Shown: one piece after another, positions 37,401 through 47,945 of the stretch
Layout: the number at the start of each line of letters is the position of its first letter
Position numbering within the stretch: position 1 is the first letter of the stretch
Assembly (NCBI RefSeq): GCF_964204645.1
Contig: NC_134030.1
Location: 20,358,210-20,422,209 of the forward strand
Direction: 5' to 3'
Length of the DNA: 64,000 nucleotides
Source of the DNA: Tubulanus polymorphus
Taxonomy: Eukaryota > Animalia > Nemertea
Notes under the pieces: model-generated
Database searches by the model: none
Told to the model about the DNA's origin: nothing
The model's input: the letters and a program-made list of their open reading frames with translations, nothing else
Position numbers and translations under genes: made by a program

Positions 37401-39743
37401 ATTTGGAAACTTTCTGTGGATTGGGACGATAGTCTGTCCAGCGAACTTTGTAGTAGATGGAGTTCTATAGTAAAAGATATGCAAGAAGCGTCTACATTTG
37501 AATTTCCGCGTCAACTAATTGATTCTGCCATGTTGGTTTCCGGCCAACCAGAACTTCACGTATTTTGTGACAGTAGTTCACGGGCTTTCGGGGCAGTAAC
37601 ATATATCCGTTGCGTTGATCAATCCGCCTTTTTGATGTCCAAATCTCGTGTGGCACCTATTAAGAAATTATCAATTCCTCAATTAGAATTGTGTGCTGCA
37701 GTGATAGGAGCACGTCTTGTATCTCACGTTGCAAAGTCACTTGAACCTGCGTTATGTCGGCCATTGAATATTTTCGCCTGGTCCGATAGTCAGATTGTTT
37801 TAGGGTGGTTAGCAGGACGGTCGGGTAAAAAGGTATCCCAATTCGTAGAAAATCGAAGGTCAGAAATAAATCGTTTAATTGATATTGGTTGTTGGGGTTT
37901 TTGTCCATCTGAAGAAAACCCTGCAGATCTTATTACACGTGGTGTGACTTGTGAAACACTTAATCAATGTAGCACCTTCTGGTTTAAGGGACCGTCATGG
38001 CTGGTCGATGAAAACAATCGTCCTGTAGTAAGTAAGTGTGACGGAAATATCATGCACGTAAACACCAACCATGTCGAATCTAATGCTGTATCCTTTGATG
38101 TTTCAGAAGTTATTTCTGACTATGATGTTGGGAAGGTAGTAGATATAGAGACATACTCTTCCCTCACAGGACTTCTGCGGGTTACAGCATACGTATTACG
38201 GTTTGTACATAACCTCAAAACAAAAGCGAGTTCACGGCATTTTGATGAATTATCATCATGCGAGATAGACCGCGCAAAGATCCTGTGGGTTAAGAGCTGT
38301 CAGAATTTATATTGTAAAGATATAATTCGGGTGTTATCTGGTACGTCTAAGAAACAATTTTCGGTAGTGAATCAACTACAATTATATTTGGACAAGGATG
38401 GAATAATCAGGTGTAGAGGGCGTTTGAAAAACGCACCTCTTAGTTACGATTGTAAATATCCTATGTTAATTCCGAAGTTAAGCAGATTCGCATATTTGGT
38501 AACACGAGACGCTCACTTCAACGTGGCTCATTTGGGTACAGATGCCACTATTGCCAAAATTAGAGAGACTTATTGGATACCTCAGTGTAGACAATATGTT
38601 AAATCTGCTATGCGTCGTTGTATCGTCTGTAGGAAATATCAGGGTAAACCATACCGTCTACCCGACCCCCCTCATTTACCTCATTGCCGAGTGGAGGAGG
38701 TGCCATCCTTTTATTATACTGGGGTCGATTATTTAGGGCCTATGATTTTGAAAGGTGGCGGGAAAGTGTGTATAGCCCTATTTACGTGCGCGGTTAGTCG
38801 CGCAATTCACCTTGAAGTTGTTTCGGATAACAAAAGTGAAACCTTTCTTTCTGCTTTCAGGAGGTTTGTTTCCAGACGCTCCCTGCCAAAGTTGATGTTG
38901 AGCGACAACGCCACTACGTTCGTTGGTGCCAATACACATTTACGGCAGATTTTCAAAAATGAGATAGTTCGGCGTTATCTGTCCTCGCACAATGTGGACT
39001 GGAAATTCATTTCTAAGAGAGCTCCTTGGCAGGGAGGGTTCTGGGAGCGACTCGTAGGTATTACAAAGGGTTGCATTAAAAAGATCCTAGGGCGTTCTTT
39101 TTTGACCTATGTTGAATTCGTAACTGTGGTTACAGAAATAGAGGCGATCTTGAATGATCGTCCACTGATGTATATATCGAGCGATATAAACGATTTGGGT
39201 CCTTTGACTCCATCTCATTTAATGTGCGGGAGGCGCATCACCTCTCTACCGATAGGTGATGCTGATATTAATGACCCGGAATTTGTTGTCAATAGCCGTT
39301 CACTAAGTAACAGATACAATTTTATTGTGTCGTTAGTACGTCAGTTTTGGGAACGTTGGCGTACAGAATATCTAACTGGTCTTAGGGAATTTCATAGGAA
39401 TGTTGGTGATAACAGAGAAATAGTTAAAACGGGATCGGTAGTTTTGATACACGATGAGGGTCCTCGTACCAGCTGGCGTTTAGGTGTAATTATTGAATTG
39501 TTCAGGGGACAGGATGGTCGTGTCCGGTCCTGCTCGTTGAGGACTGCTAGCGGAGTAACAAACCGCCCTTTGTCAAAACTTTATCCTTTAGAATTACAGA
39601 CAACTGAAAATGACGAAGATGCCCCTCCTTCTGTAACTGGAAGGGCAAGTATTCCTCGTAATCTGAGTACTCGTCAAGCAGCAGATTTAGCCCGGCAAAG
39701 AATCAGAAATGTATATAAAGACGTTGCCGATGACGTCTGTTAA
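34410..39743 (+). CDS. BEL/Pao Gag-Pol polyprotein, 1777 aa
   Basis: Uninterrupted ORF with LPKLQIPKFDGD..WQSFWDLF (DUF1759-type Gag), three Cys/His knuckles (CLFCKGEH..C, CFNCLGKH..C, CRICQCRHHTSLC), protease LLFDDGSQRSFIT, RT (DIEKAFL, FGATCSPF, YVDN), RNase H (HVFCDSS..QLEL..WSDS..NPAD) and integrase (H..H..C..C, GVDYLGP, SDNATTF, GGFWERLV). PR-RT-RH-IN order and YVDN are typical of BEL/Pao. Confidence 0.97.
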   Translation: MATEEKEMRRIQRGQFTKLRIQCENHIKDNQAVQGTCVLATLKKKLSQLEQLDLEIYAKCGLAGSAYENLIVQSDDIINSHHMKLTEMELALNELSIQSRFVPSETASASFTSTSSLSLPKLQIPKFDGDILHWQSFWDLFISAVDKQTKLSEIEKFNHLKCLVIKDASTVIEGLSLTSENYNSAKSMLVARFGRPHRISEAYLDALINLEAPYYDLRSLRTFYETIEQKIRSLEALGIETNSYGTLLVQIIRNKLPKEIIYNISRDHGNGKWNLFELRAALLREVEILETCQDSSDLNSNFTTTLQVQARKLECLFCKGEHRNNDCTVVKQPDARLGIVFKSRLCFNCLGKHRSNSCRSSFRCRICQCRHHTSLCGASMFQYRQSQNQNNADRSKTTFSNDASSKSDNVNDNPSAMPVNDFPALNSKADKPKFKQRSLMTNSGGGANVLLKTAVARVCSSYNGSIRSNLLFDDGSQRSFITKELVEKLCLKPHKQEYLDLSGFGAATGFNKTVDIVRVDVICNDNTQVQVEAVVVPFITRPMSVHGIDQIDEFKSLELAHSREFYSNAFSISILIGVDFYYQFVLGNDFVVSSIGPIAVPTKLGYLVSGPQAAYCLQVNADSVDEIGQNSIKKFWDLELIGIRPPETDPYLDWYCDNCISFDNGIYNARLPWKSEHGPLPTNYNVAKARTRSTARKLSKTPGLLKQYNDIITEQLSRDFIELVDDPGVLVSSGCVSREHYIPHHGIFKQSATTPLRIVFDCSCRASRNSNSLNDCLEAGTPLLNDITSILLRFRLFKYGIITDIEKAFLHVGLHVDDRDVTRFFWLRDPLDPEGEFNIYRFKRVLFGATCSPFMLNSTLFYHLRCNDTPLSQQLLRDLYVDNIVTSVDSISGCVDLYSASRTLFAGANFNLRCWSSTCSDLREAAGREAVLERSNSVKVLGIKWDVNHDSLTLLYDNLSSVAPITKRLILSNISSVYDPFGFLTPITVQSKILMQDIWKLSVDWDDSLSSELCSRWSSIVKDMQEASTFEFPRQLIDSAMLVSGQPELHVFCDSSSRAFGAVTYIRCVDQSAFLMSKSRVAPIKKLSIPQLELCAAVIGARLVSHVAKSLEPALCRPLNIFAWSDSQIVLGWLAGRSGKKVSQFVENRRSEINRLIDIGCWGFCPSEENPADLITRGVTCETLNQCSTFWFKGPSWLVDENNRPVVSKCDGNIMHVNTNHVESNAVSFDVSEVISDYDVGKVVDIETYSSLTGLLRVTAYVLRFVHNLKTKASSRHFDELSSCEIDRAKILWVKSCQNLYCKDIIRVLSGTSKKQFSVVNQLQLYLDKDGIIRCRGRLKNAPLSYDCKYPMLIPKLSRFAYLVTRDAHFNVAHLGTDATIAKIRETYWIPQCRQYVKSAMRRCIVCRKYQGKPYRLPDPPHLPHCRVEEVPSFYYTGVDYLGPMILKGGGKVCIALFTCAVSRAIHLEVVSDNKSETFLSAFRRFVSRRSLPKLMLSDNATTFVGANTHLRQIFKNEIVRRYLSSHNVDWKFISKRAPWQGGFWERLVGITKGCIKKILGRSFLTYVEFVTVVTEIEAILNDRPLMYISSDINDLGPLTPSHLMCGRRITSLPIGDADINDPEFVVNSRSLSNRYNFIVSLVRQFWERWRTEYLTGLREFHRNVGDNREIVKTGSVVLIHDEGPRTSWRLGVIIELFRGQDGRVRSCSLRTASGVTNRPLSKLYPLELQTTENDEDAPPSVTGRASIPRNLSTRQAADLARQRIRNVYKDVADDVC

Positions 39744-39843
39744 TGGTACTTATCGGTATTTCTGTAAATAGTTAATTTGTGAACAACTTTATAATTTCAG
39801 ATAGAGAAAGTAATAGTACATAGTTATTTTGTTGTGGCCGGAG

Positions 39844-40152
39844 TGTCGCGAATATATCATTCGGCGTATATGGCTGTATTTATGTTGTAGTTTTCATTCA
39901 TGGTTGTTGTATCATATCAATCCATATAATTCATGTGATAATCCCTTTTCAGTACTGTACAGGTTGTTTACTAGATTCTATCCAATAGTTGTACAGATTT
40001 GACACAATGTAATCTCAATATCATTTATATGAACGTATGGGCAGAATAAATCAGGGCTGTTATAGATCTTTCAACGATAAGGAAGTCTCGTCGTTCGTAG
40101 TCGTTTTCTCTCGGACCTAGGGAATTCTTTGGAGTCCTCGATAGTATGGACA
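39844..40152 (+). repeat. 3' LTR
   Basis: Direct repeat of 33898-34206, followed by TSD GGTGG. Confidence 0.97.
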
Positions 40153-41743
40153 GGTGGGTTGAAGTAGACATTGTCATTTAAAATAACATGCTTATGTTTT
40201 TCTGTATGAATTACCCGTGTGTCATGTATGTTGTATTAATTTATTTTAAAATTTGTATTTATTGAATTTGGGAATTTTATCCCGGAATTTCAATGTAATA
40301 AGGATCAATGAAGAATTGAATTGAATTGTCACCTAATACACATGCCATCAGAGGACACGGAGCCGTATATGACAGCTATGCTATTATAAATTGCTAATCT
40401 CACGAAACTTGCATACTCCTAATATCAAACATATTTTCACAAACGATTGAATATTGAAATTACATGTTTACAAATTTTCATATTGACCGCTTGTAGCCGC
40501 TGATGAAATTCACGCCGGCCCTACACACATCGTAGATAGCTTCGTCATTCCACCGGCATGCCCACGTCAGGGTCTGACTTTTATATAAGACTTCCGCATC
40601 GTGTATACATCCTCCATTTAACCGAATAATCCGATTTACTTATCATTTCTATTTATGCCTGCCGCTTCTGATATAATCATACACCCTTTACTATTACAAT
40701 ACGTCTTCTAATGATATTCAATGCAATATAACATTTCGACGTTCAAATATAGGTCATTATATAATCACAGGGAGCCATTCTACATCTATGTCAATAATAT
40801 TTTGCCAGATAGCTTGTTTGTGTACACATAAACCTGTGACGTTTTGCACATCGATTAACGGCTGTCGTTTGTAAAATGACGCTGAATGGTTAGCATTGTT
40901 TAGGTTTCATAATGGTGACGTTTTATAAGGCGTCAAAAAATGTTCATTTCACCCGACTAATTAGGTTAAAAGTCGGTGTCATGTACCGTAAGCTACCTCT
41001 TTGTTAATGGAAATAGAATTTTTATTTCATTACTTAATCTCTTATTTATTTGACTTGTTTAAACTGTTGCGCCGACCTCAACCCCTACATACCTTAATAC
41101 CAACGTGATGATATTTATGTATGGAATTGGATTGAAGCTGTTGGTTTTAAGATCGATACATGATTTAATAATGGGACGAGATCATACTAATTCATTCAGG
41201 GATGAGATCATACTAACCTGATTTAATGTACCGTTTGCGAGCTGTGTACCACCAGAGTTAGCGCGGTGATTTGACTGTACGAGATTTAGCTTAAACCTAA
41301 TATATGGAATGAATCAACAAGGTTTATATTATCGCTATAAATTTCATCCATAGCGGCATCCTAATGCCCTGGATAGATAGGGAGGCAGGGAAAGACAGAG
41401 GGGGAAGGGGAGAATCTATCAATGGAACAACCAGGGCTATAATAAAACGGGCTGCTTGACTAATAATTACATCATCTGAACTTAGTATGCAGCAGCTCAT
41501 GACTCGGAGTTGATCAAGCAGAATTTCAGGCTCATGCTGTCTCGATGCAATCAAGTTCGAATCCCTGCCACAGATAATCCTTTATCAAGTGCCATGGTTT
41601 TGTTGGTGTGATAGCTTCGGTTGGCGAAGGAGGCAAAACATAGATGTGATTTCTTTTTTTTTCAGAAAATGGTATTTATCATCCTTGCTTGCCAGTGGTC
41701 CGGTGCCGGTATCGTTCCAGCGCTCGCATCCACCAGCCCCCTG

Positions 41744-41924
41744 GGGCGAACTCTTTTATCAGATCGGAGAATCCGTTTGCCTCCAATCGTACTCTTTTAT
41801 TGGTCACGTGACTTTTTGGAGTCTCCGAAACCTCCTTTCTGTCGAGGTGGTGTGATTCGGATTTTGTGTGGAGCCAACCGGAGATTTCGGACGGAGACTT
41901 CGGAGGTCATAAAAGAGTACGCCC
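41744..41924. mobile_element. 181-bp Harbinger-like MITE, TSD CTG
   Basis: TIR GGGCGAACTCTTTTAT / ATAAAAGAGTACGCCC; absent from the paralogous sites near 33079 and 50663, which carry a single CTG. Confidence 0.88.
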
Positions 41925-42769
41925 CTGGCCTCACGCCGCGTGATTTCATTACTGGCGCTGTTGCGCATGACGTCATTTATCGATTTGCGAAATACTTCCT
42001 TGTTCGGTAAAACGTTCGCTGATTGTTCCATCAAACGGGAAAACCAACAGAAGCCTCATGTCGTTTTGTCGTACGACCGGATTCTGGTCGGCTAGTAACG
42101 ACTCCAACGACTCGTGAGGGCGAGGCGTTCGGGAATGGCTTTAGTTTAGTGGGTTCGAATCCATTGACGGGTGAAGATGGGTATTTATAGGCCTGGCGCT
42201 TTTTCAAACCATGCTCGAGGCTTCCGTCGGATGTCACTACCTCAAAATAGACATAAAGTTAACATCTTATGTAGAAATTCAGAAATCCACACGACCCCGG
42301 TCCCAACAGGGTTAAGGGTTTGTATAACGTCGGGATCATATCCCAACTGCGGTCATTATTCGAAATTGCGCGTGGAACTTGTATTTCAAACGCTGATTGA
42401 TAATATATCATGATATATCACAGATTTCATTTGATAACATAAGGCCTCCATACTAAACCAGAGGTGAAAATTTAATAGATATTCATTATCAAAAGCCATC
42501 AACATGTGCTATCAAAACGAAAATCTGTATCTACAGTCAATTCATCACACTATTAGTAGAGGTGGCGTCATTGCTTTTCTGAACTGTTGAATGAATGATT
42601 AGTTTGTTTAGAGGTTTATCTCAGCCAGTCAGTGATTCATCACACAAACACTGGAGGTAAAGCTTGCAAAATAAATCCTAGCACAGCTTCGATTCGAATT
42701 TCTATGTTCTTGTCGTAATTACGTTGAATTCTTTTGAATTGGAATTCATTGCATCACGTTAATTCTTTT

Positions 42770-43200
42770 GGAGAAAATTTCAATGAAATAAGAATAACGA
42801 TATAATTAACAACTCGGCAACAATAATCCATATATGTAACAAATAACGCGAATCCCGCATGTGACCGGGAAGAGCACAACCGCCATACGTTCCTGAGATA
42901 TCGTCACTATTAACCACTATTAACTTATACTAGAAGTGGCAATTCCTGTCAAGAACTCATACAATTTACAACTGATCGACGGATTAATCATTAATATAGA
43001 ACCAGTGTTTAGATTCAAGAGCACAAAGTATAAAACTGCAGTCAGTCAATGATCTAAACAGTAAAGGAAATCACCGAGAAAAAAAAGGCTCAGATCTTCG
43101 ACTCGCCGTAATCAGGAAAGTAGCCGAATTCCCGAAAACTCCAAACAGGAATAAGATTGGCAGAATAACCAGTAACACCAGTGTATTTGGTGGGGCGTTC
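42770..43200 (-). pseudogene. Class-A (rhodopsin-like) GPCR fragment, TM1-TM4
   Basis: Manual translation: NTLVLLVILPILFLFGVFGNSATFLI (TM1 GN); frameshift; LGDFLYC..*; SCKLYEFLTGIATSSIS**WLIVTISQERMAVVLFP (TM3 cysteine, ERM = DRY-equivalent); frameshift; HIWIIVAELLIISLFLFH* (TM4-like). Confidence 0.75.
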
Positions 43201-44788
43201 AATGTCGTTGTGAAAATTCTTATGAACAAAATAACTGTGGGAAGGTTTTGAGCATTTAATTTAAAATTTCATTAATTACGAAAATGCATTAGATTGAGTA
43301 AAAACAAATTATAACTAAATGAAAGATAAAACATCATCCGCCATTTTTGATAGATGGATTTCCTTCTGTGAGGAAATTAAATTAGTGAACTATAGCCTAC
43401 CATTGGCAGCTCAGTGAGAAAGTTCATGACGATGCCTTAATGATTTTTCTCATTCAACCTTTGGTGTGTATTTTACTTAGTACGATATATGTGTGGAATC
43501 GTGTTGAAGCTGTTGTAGAATTTATGAATTAAAATCCATGATTAAAATACCCGCAAAGCTCGCATGATAAATCGATTGCTCCAGATAAACTTTAACCTAG
43601 ATAATGAATAGATCGTTGTCAACATATTTACATACATACATATCATTCAAATAATGTGAAAGTGTCATCTCAATAATTCAGCAGGGCTAAAATTCACTCG
43701 TAATACTTTTACATATTGAGGGTTTTCTGACTTTCGTGGAGAACCCTTTTGTTATTCTGTTGATTAATATTATCATTACAGATTTTCCTCTAGAATTCAT
43801 ATTCTATCAGATTCGACAACTAACAGCTTCTAAACGAAATGTTGAACTCTGATAGTAATATAAAACGTCTTTCTGTCTGCGTAGATTCTATGTATATACT
43901 GTCCACCCTATTTTAAATTCAAAATCACATACTGTCAGCATAGAACTATAAGCGAACAGGGAGACTGACTCCTCAGAAAATCAACTAGGTGCCGCTAGTG
44001 ATCGTGTGTTTTGTTCTGCGCCCTCACCGGTGGCGATAAACAATAGATGTTGTAGACTGGTTGCCGGTCTATATTCTTAATTTAGCGTTTTTCATTGATT
44101 TGTTTAAGTCTTAATACCAAATCTTGAAAAACGGCAATGTTCAATGTTCGCAGAGAAAATATAATCGAACATATTTCCGAGAACCTATTGTTTATTGCCA
44201 CCGGTGAGGGCGCTGATTAATTTCGAAGTTAGCAAAGGAAAATGTATAGACGCGTCACGAAGTTGGCCTTTCCTTTCGCTTATAGTTCTATGCCAAACAG
44301 ACGAAAAACAAATTTGCTTATTTTGCAGATACCACTACCTCAAAATAGATATTCAAGGCCTTTTTGTAAGAATTCAGAAATCCAAATGACCCATTCCGAT
44401 CAGGGCCAAGGTTTGGTAAGTGACACATCCTAACAGTAGTCATTAGTCTATATTGGGCATGGGACGTGTATATTAAGTAAAAATAATACATCAAAGATTT
44501 TTTAATTCAGTTGATATTGGAAGCCGGTTACTGAACCAAATTTAATAGATATTTATTTCTAAAAGCCGCTAACATGTGTGTTTCCAAAACGACCATAAAA
44601 GTAGAACGATTTTGTGTAATATCGTGTCAACACACGTCAAACGAAGAACTCCTCACTGGTAACGAGGTAAGTGAAGTTATAGACGACAAGCTCACAAATA
44701 TTTCATTGCATAGTTACATGTAGATGTTACTCCGTAGATGTTATACACTTGTTATTTCAGTTAATCTGATTGAATCATCTATTTCAGA

Positions 44789-45255
44789 ATGTTTACTAAA
44801 ACTCTTGTCATCGCGTTGGCCTTGTTTATGGTCATCGGAGCTGTCGCGGCAACTGATGGTAGGCTTTGATAATTAAATCGATTCAATTGTTTTAAATAAG
44901 GATTTCTAACTCGGCCAAACATAAACTTACGTTCATTCTATGAAACGTAAATTGACGTAGGAATACTAGGGAAGATCTTTTTCACCCATTTCACGTGTCT
45001 TGTTCGCATACGATAAAACGGCAGTCAACCGTTGCTTTTTATTCGAGGCCGATACTCGGGATTCGAACCTGCTTGTTCCGGGCCGTCCGGATAATGATTG
45101 TAATAAGTCCGAGCTTATTTACAGATGTGCGAAAGGTGAAGAGAGGAACCCCGTGTAAGTGCAAGTCAAAAAAGGGTAAAGGTACATATTACTGGCTCGG
45201 TAACCCTAAACCGGCGAATTGTTGTCCTAAGCCTTTCGGGGCTTGTTGTTATTAA
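44789..45255 (+). CDS. Secreted cysteine-rich cationic peptide precursor, copy 1 (toxin/defensin-like, 66 aa)
   Basis: Coding exons 44789-44858 (MFTKTLVIALALFMVIGAVAATD, hydrophobic signal peptide; donor GTAGGC) and 45125-45255 (acceptor TTTACAG; DVRKVKR-GTPCKCKSKKGKGTYYWLGNPKPANCCPKPFGACCY*), joined by a phase-1 intron. Probable non-coding exon ends at 44666 (GAG|GTAAGT), acceptor at 44787; AATAAA at 45286-45291. Confidence 0.88.
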
Positions 45256-47945
45256 CACATGAGCTGTAGGGATGTGCAGATATTTAATAAACACGTCATA
45301 TTTGTGACATTCAATGAGTTGAATAGAAACAGTCAACCTGTATGATTAAATACAACACATGCTCTGTGTTTGTTTCTTGTTTTCTTTTTGTCAACAATTG
45401 AGGATGTGTGTCAGTCATTGCAAGCACTAACTTAAAAGGGTGCCCCGGGTTCGAATCCACTCAATTTCAGAGTTGTTCCAATGACAAATGGAGGGTAAAC
45501 GGTCCGAGATGCTACGGGTCGTAACCCAGTCGCAGTGGTACTGCTCAATGACTCGGACGCTGAAGATTAAAAGTGACCCGGGTTCGAATCAAGAGTTCGG
45601 ACACCAAGTTACTTCAAATGTTCTACACCTAGTGCAGTTTAATTCAAGACGAGTGAACACGATCAATTTGTATCTAATGAGTTTGACACAAGCCGGAACA
45701 AACGATGCTACAAATATCAGACGCAATTAGCAGGTGACGATGGTCAAACTGGAAGTCCCGAGAACTGGAATGCAATCCATCATACGCAGTCGCTTACATT
45801 CTGTATTACGTCACAAATATATTCATAAATAATGATACAAGTACTAATATCTATTCATAGTCCGTTACATAAAATAACTCAACTGATTTTAGAAATTCAA
45901 AATGATACAACAATTAGTTGTATCATCTTTTAATTAATTAATGGTGGGATAGGAAGGGAGGGAGGGAGGGAGAGTGCACGTTGACCGCGGCAAAGCATTC
46001 CAATGACACCGCAACAGCTCAAGAGCCTTAGAATAGTTGGCGGTTTATTGGTTCAAATGATTTAATTGCATTTAACAGTCAAGCACGGCCATCTGGAAGG
46101 TGTAAGAATAACGAGAACTGACGTCCCTAAGAAGGGCGTCCCTTTGATAAACGCGTGTTAATACTACAAAGAGTCTTTTTTTGTGGTAAATTTTGTTTGA
46201 TTTTTTGATTGAGTGCCCCTTACAGACCCACCACACCTGCCGGTAGCGAAACAGGGGGTTTGATTTTGAGATCAGAAATACAGATATAGTTGTGCGATCG
46301 GCGGTCGAGTTTACATAATTTTTTGTTTAAAAATCGAAGTACATAATTGGGAAATTCGGTTCCGGTTCATCCAAACAATCGTCCATTCAGTCTGAACCGG
46401 CAAGCGACTGATTGGGGTCAAGTTTTCTGGCTGCCTAATTTGATACATCGAAATTTTGGAAATAGTTATATTACAAGGTTGAAGATCATTTTGTCCATTT
46501 CTATATTTTTTTTGGTCGTTTTCGACGTGTAAATAGTCAGATAGTTAAGTTTTTTTCGGGTAGATGTTAATGCAGAAAGTCCTCTAAGTGTCTTTTTAAC
46601 CGATCTGACTTACTGACAAGTAATGGGGAAATCGGCAGTAGAACTACGTCACGCCACTCAGGATCTCACACCTGACGATGATCTCCAGGGTGAGATCGAA
46701 ACGTTGTGTTCTTTGAGTTGATCGATTGGATACATTTTCGATCTTTTAAAAATTTCTATAATCTGTACAATGAACTTTGGCTTTATTTGTCTGAAATGAA
46801 AAAAAAAAAAATCGAATACAACCTACTTCTGATTCGTTACCGATGATTAACCTAATTTACTTAAAAACATAAAATCAAGCTGTGACGAGGCGCCCGTCAC
46901 TAAGATTTCATCTAATTACATATTGTATACTCATCAGGGTCGGGAGATGATTTTTCTTGCAGTTTCAAGTAGGGAATACTGATGATCATTAGTTAGGACA
47001 TCGCACGCCATCTCTAATATCGAGAACTACTATGAACCGTCACTTGCTCAGAAGAGACGTCTTCTTCCAGTGTCGGGTGACTGAATGTCCTCACAAATCG
47101 AGTAAAACGAGCGCATAGTTACCAAAAACTGTGCCCAAGGAAATTAATAAGAGAATCATGAATACGTTTTATAGAATGTAAATCCTCTAGCTTTCTCTCC
47201 GACTGAGTCCAGCGCTACACGTATTTCTGGCCGACCTGCGCAGGCGTTGAGCTTAGAAGAGAAAAATAGATACCAACTAAATGAAACGAGGAGCATGCAC
47301 CGATTTTTGGCCTCTCCCACTAGAGGTAACCCTCACTGCTTTCCCGTTTTTGAAAGACTACTCGATGCCCTAAAACACTTCAACTCACCTCCAAGAAATC
47401 CGAGGCCACGGAATCCCATATCCACACGCTAAAATCCAGTCCTTCAGTGATAGTAAATCCGACACCACAAAAATAATTCGAAGAAGTCAATAATGTAATA
47501 TGTTTATGTATAAACACACCGTTTCCCGGGCTCGAATAACCAGATAGTTCGTCATTTCAAATAATCATTATCGAAAGCAAATAGCCAAATAGCCTACCCA
47601 CCCTATTTCAAAATTTTGGATGAAATAACTTTTTCAAAAATATATCCGTACGTATGTGGCCGACCGAGTACAATGCTCTCCATTCTCGTAAATATTGTTT
47701 TCTTTTAATCAAATCGTCGACATCATAGAAATATTTCATTACATCGGATGCCACCATTTGACTTTGGAAATGGTAAAGCTGGGTTGAAATATTGACGGTG
47801 ACCTTGGATTTTGATAATTACGGAATTCATGGACCGCCGTGCTATTTGCCAATTGCTTAAGTGGGAATTTGGTCCGGTAAAAACCGTTTACGACAACCTG
47901 CTCGTTGTCAGAAGATTTCTTTTCTGTAAAAAGAACACAAGAAAA

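Larger units (their letters stand above)
33898..40152 (+). mobile_element. Full-length BEL/Pao LTR retrotransposon (6255 bp)
   Basis: 309-bp LTRs (TGT...ACA) at 33898-34206 and 39844-40152, identical by eye; 5-bp TSD GGTGG (33893-33897 and 40153-40157); PBS TGGTCCCTCGAGC right after the 5' LTR; single long ORF inside. Confidence 0.97.
41096..45572 (+). repeat. Segmental duplication unit carrying peptide gene copy 1
   Basis: 41096-42520 aligns to about 50051-51277, and 44550-45572 aligns to about 51230-52260. Confidence 0.9.

Noticed and set aside
40330-40900. Very diverged lectin/LDLa remnant on the minus strand (KRQPLIDVQNVTGLC..EWLP)
   Set aside because: Position fits the array model but motif evidence is marginal, so it is not listed as a feature.
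41324-42413. Cluster of short ORFs duplicated at 50273-50869
   Set aside because: They overlap MITE/SINE sequence, and frames are not conserved between the duplicates.
44995-45124. N-terminal part of the 86-aa ORFs (also 51682-51811)
   Set aside because: Intron read-through from a GTG; the real start is the upstream signal-peptide exon.
44789-45255. Horizontal transfer from a cnidarian as the origin of the peptide gene
   Set aside because: A 36-aa cysteine-rich similarity cannot separate transfer, deep homology and convergence, and the host taxon is not established from this window.
47030-47480. Possible 7TM remnant completing a GRL101-like receptor (SDLLSLKDW..VWIW; MILLLISLGTVFGNY)
   Set aside because: Similarity too weak and fragmented to support by eye; needs frameshift-aware blastx.
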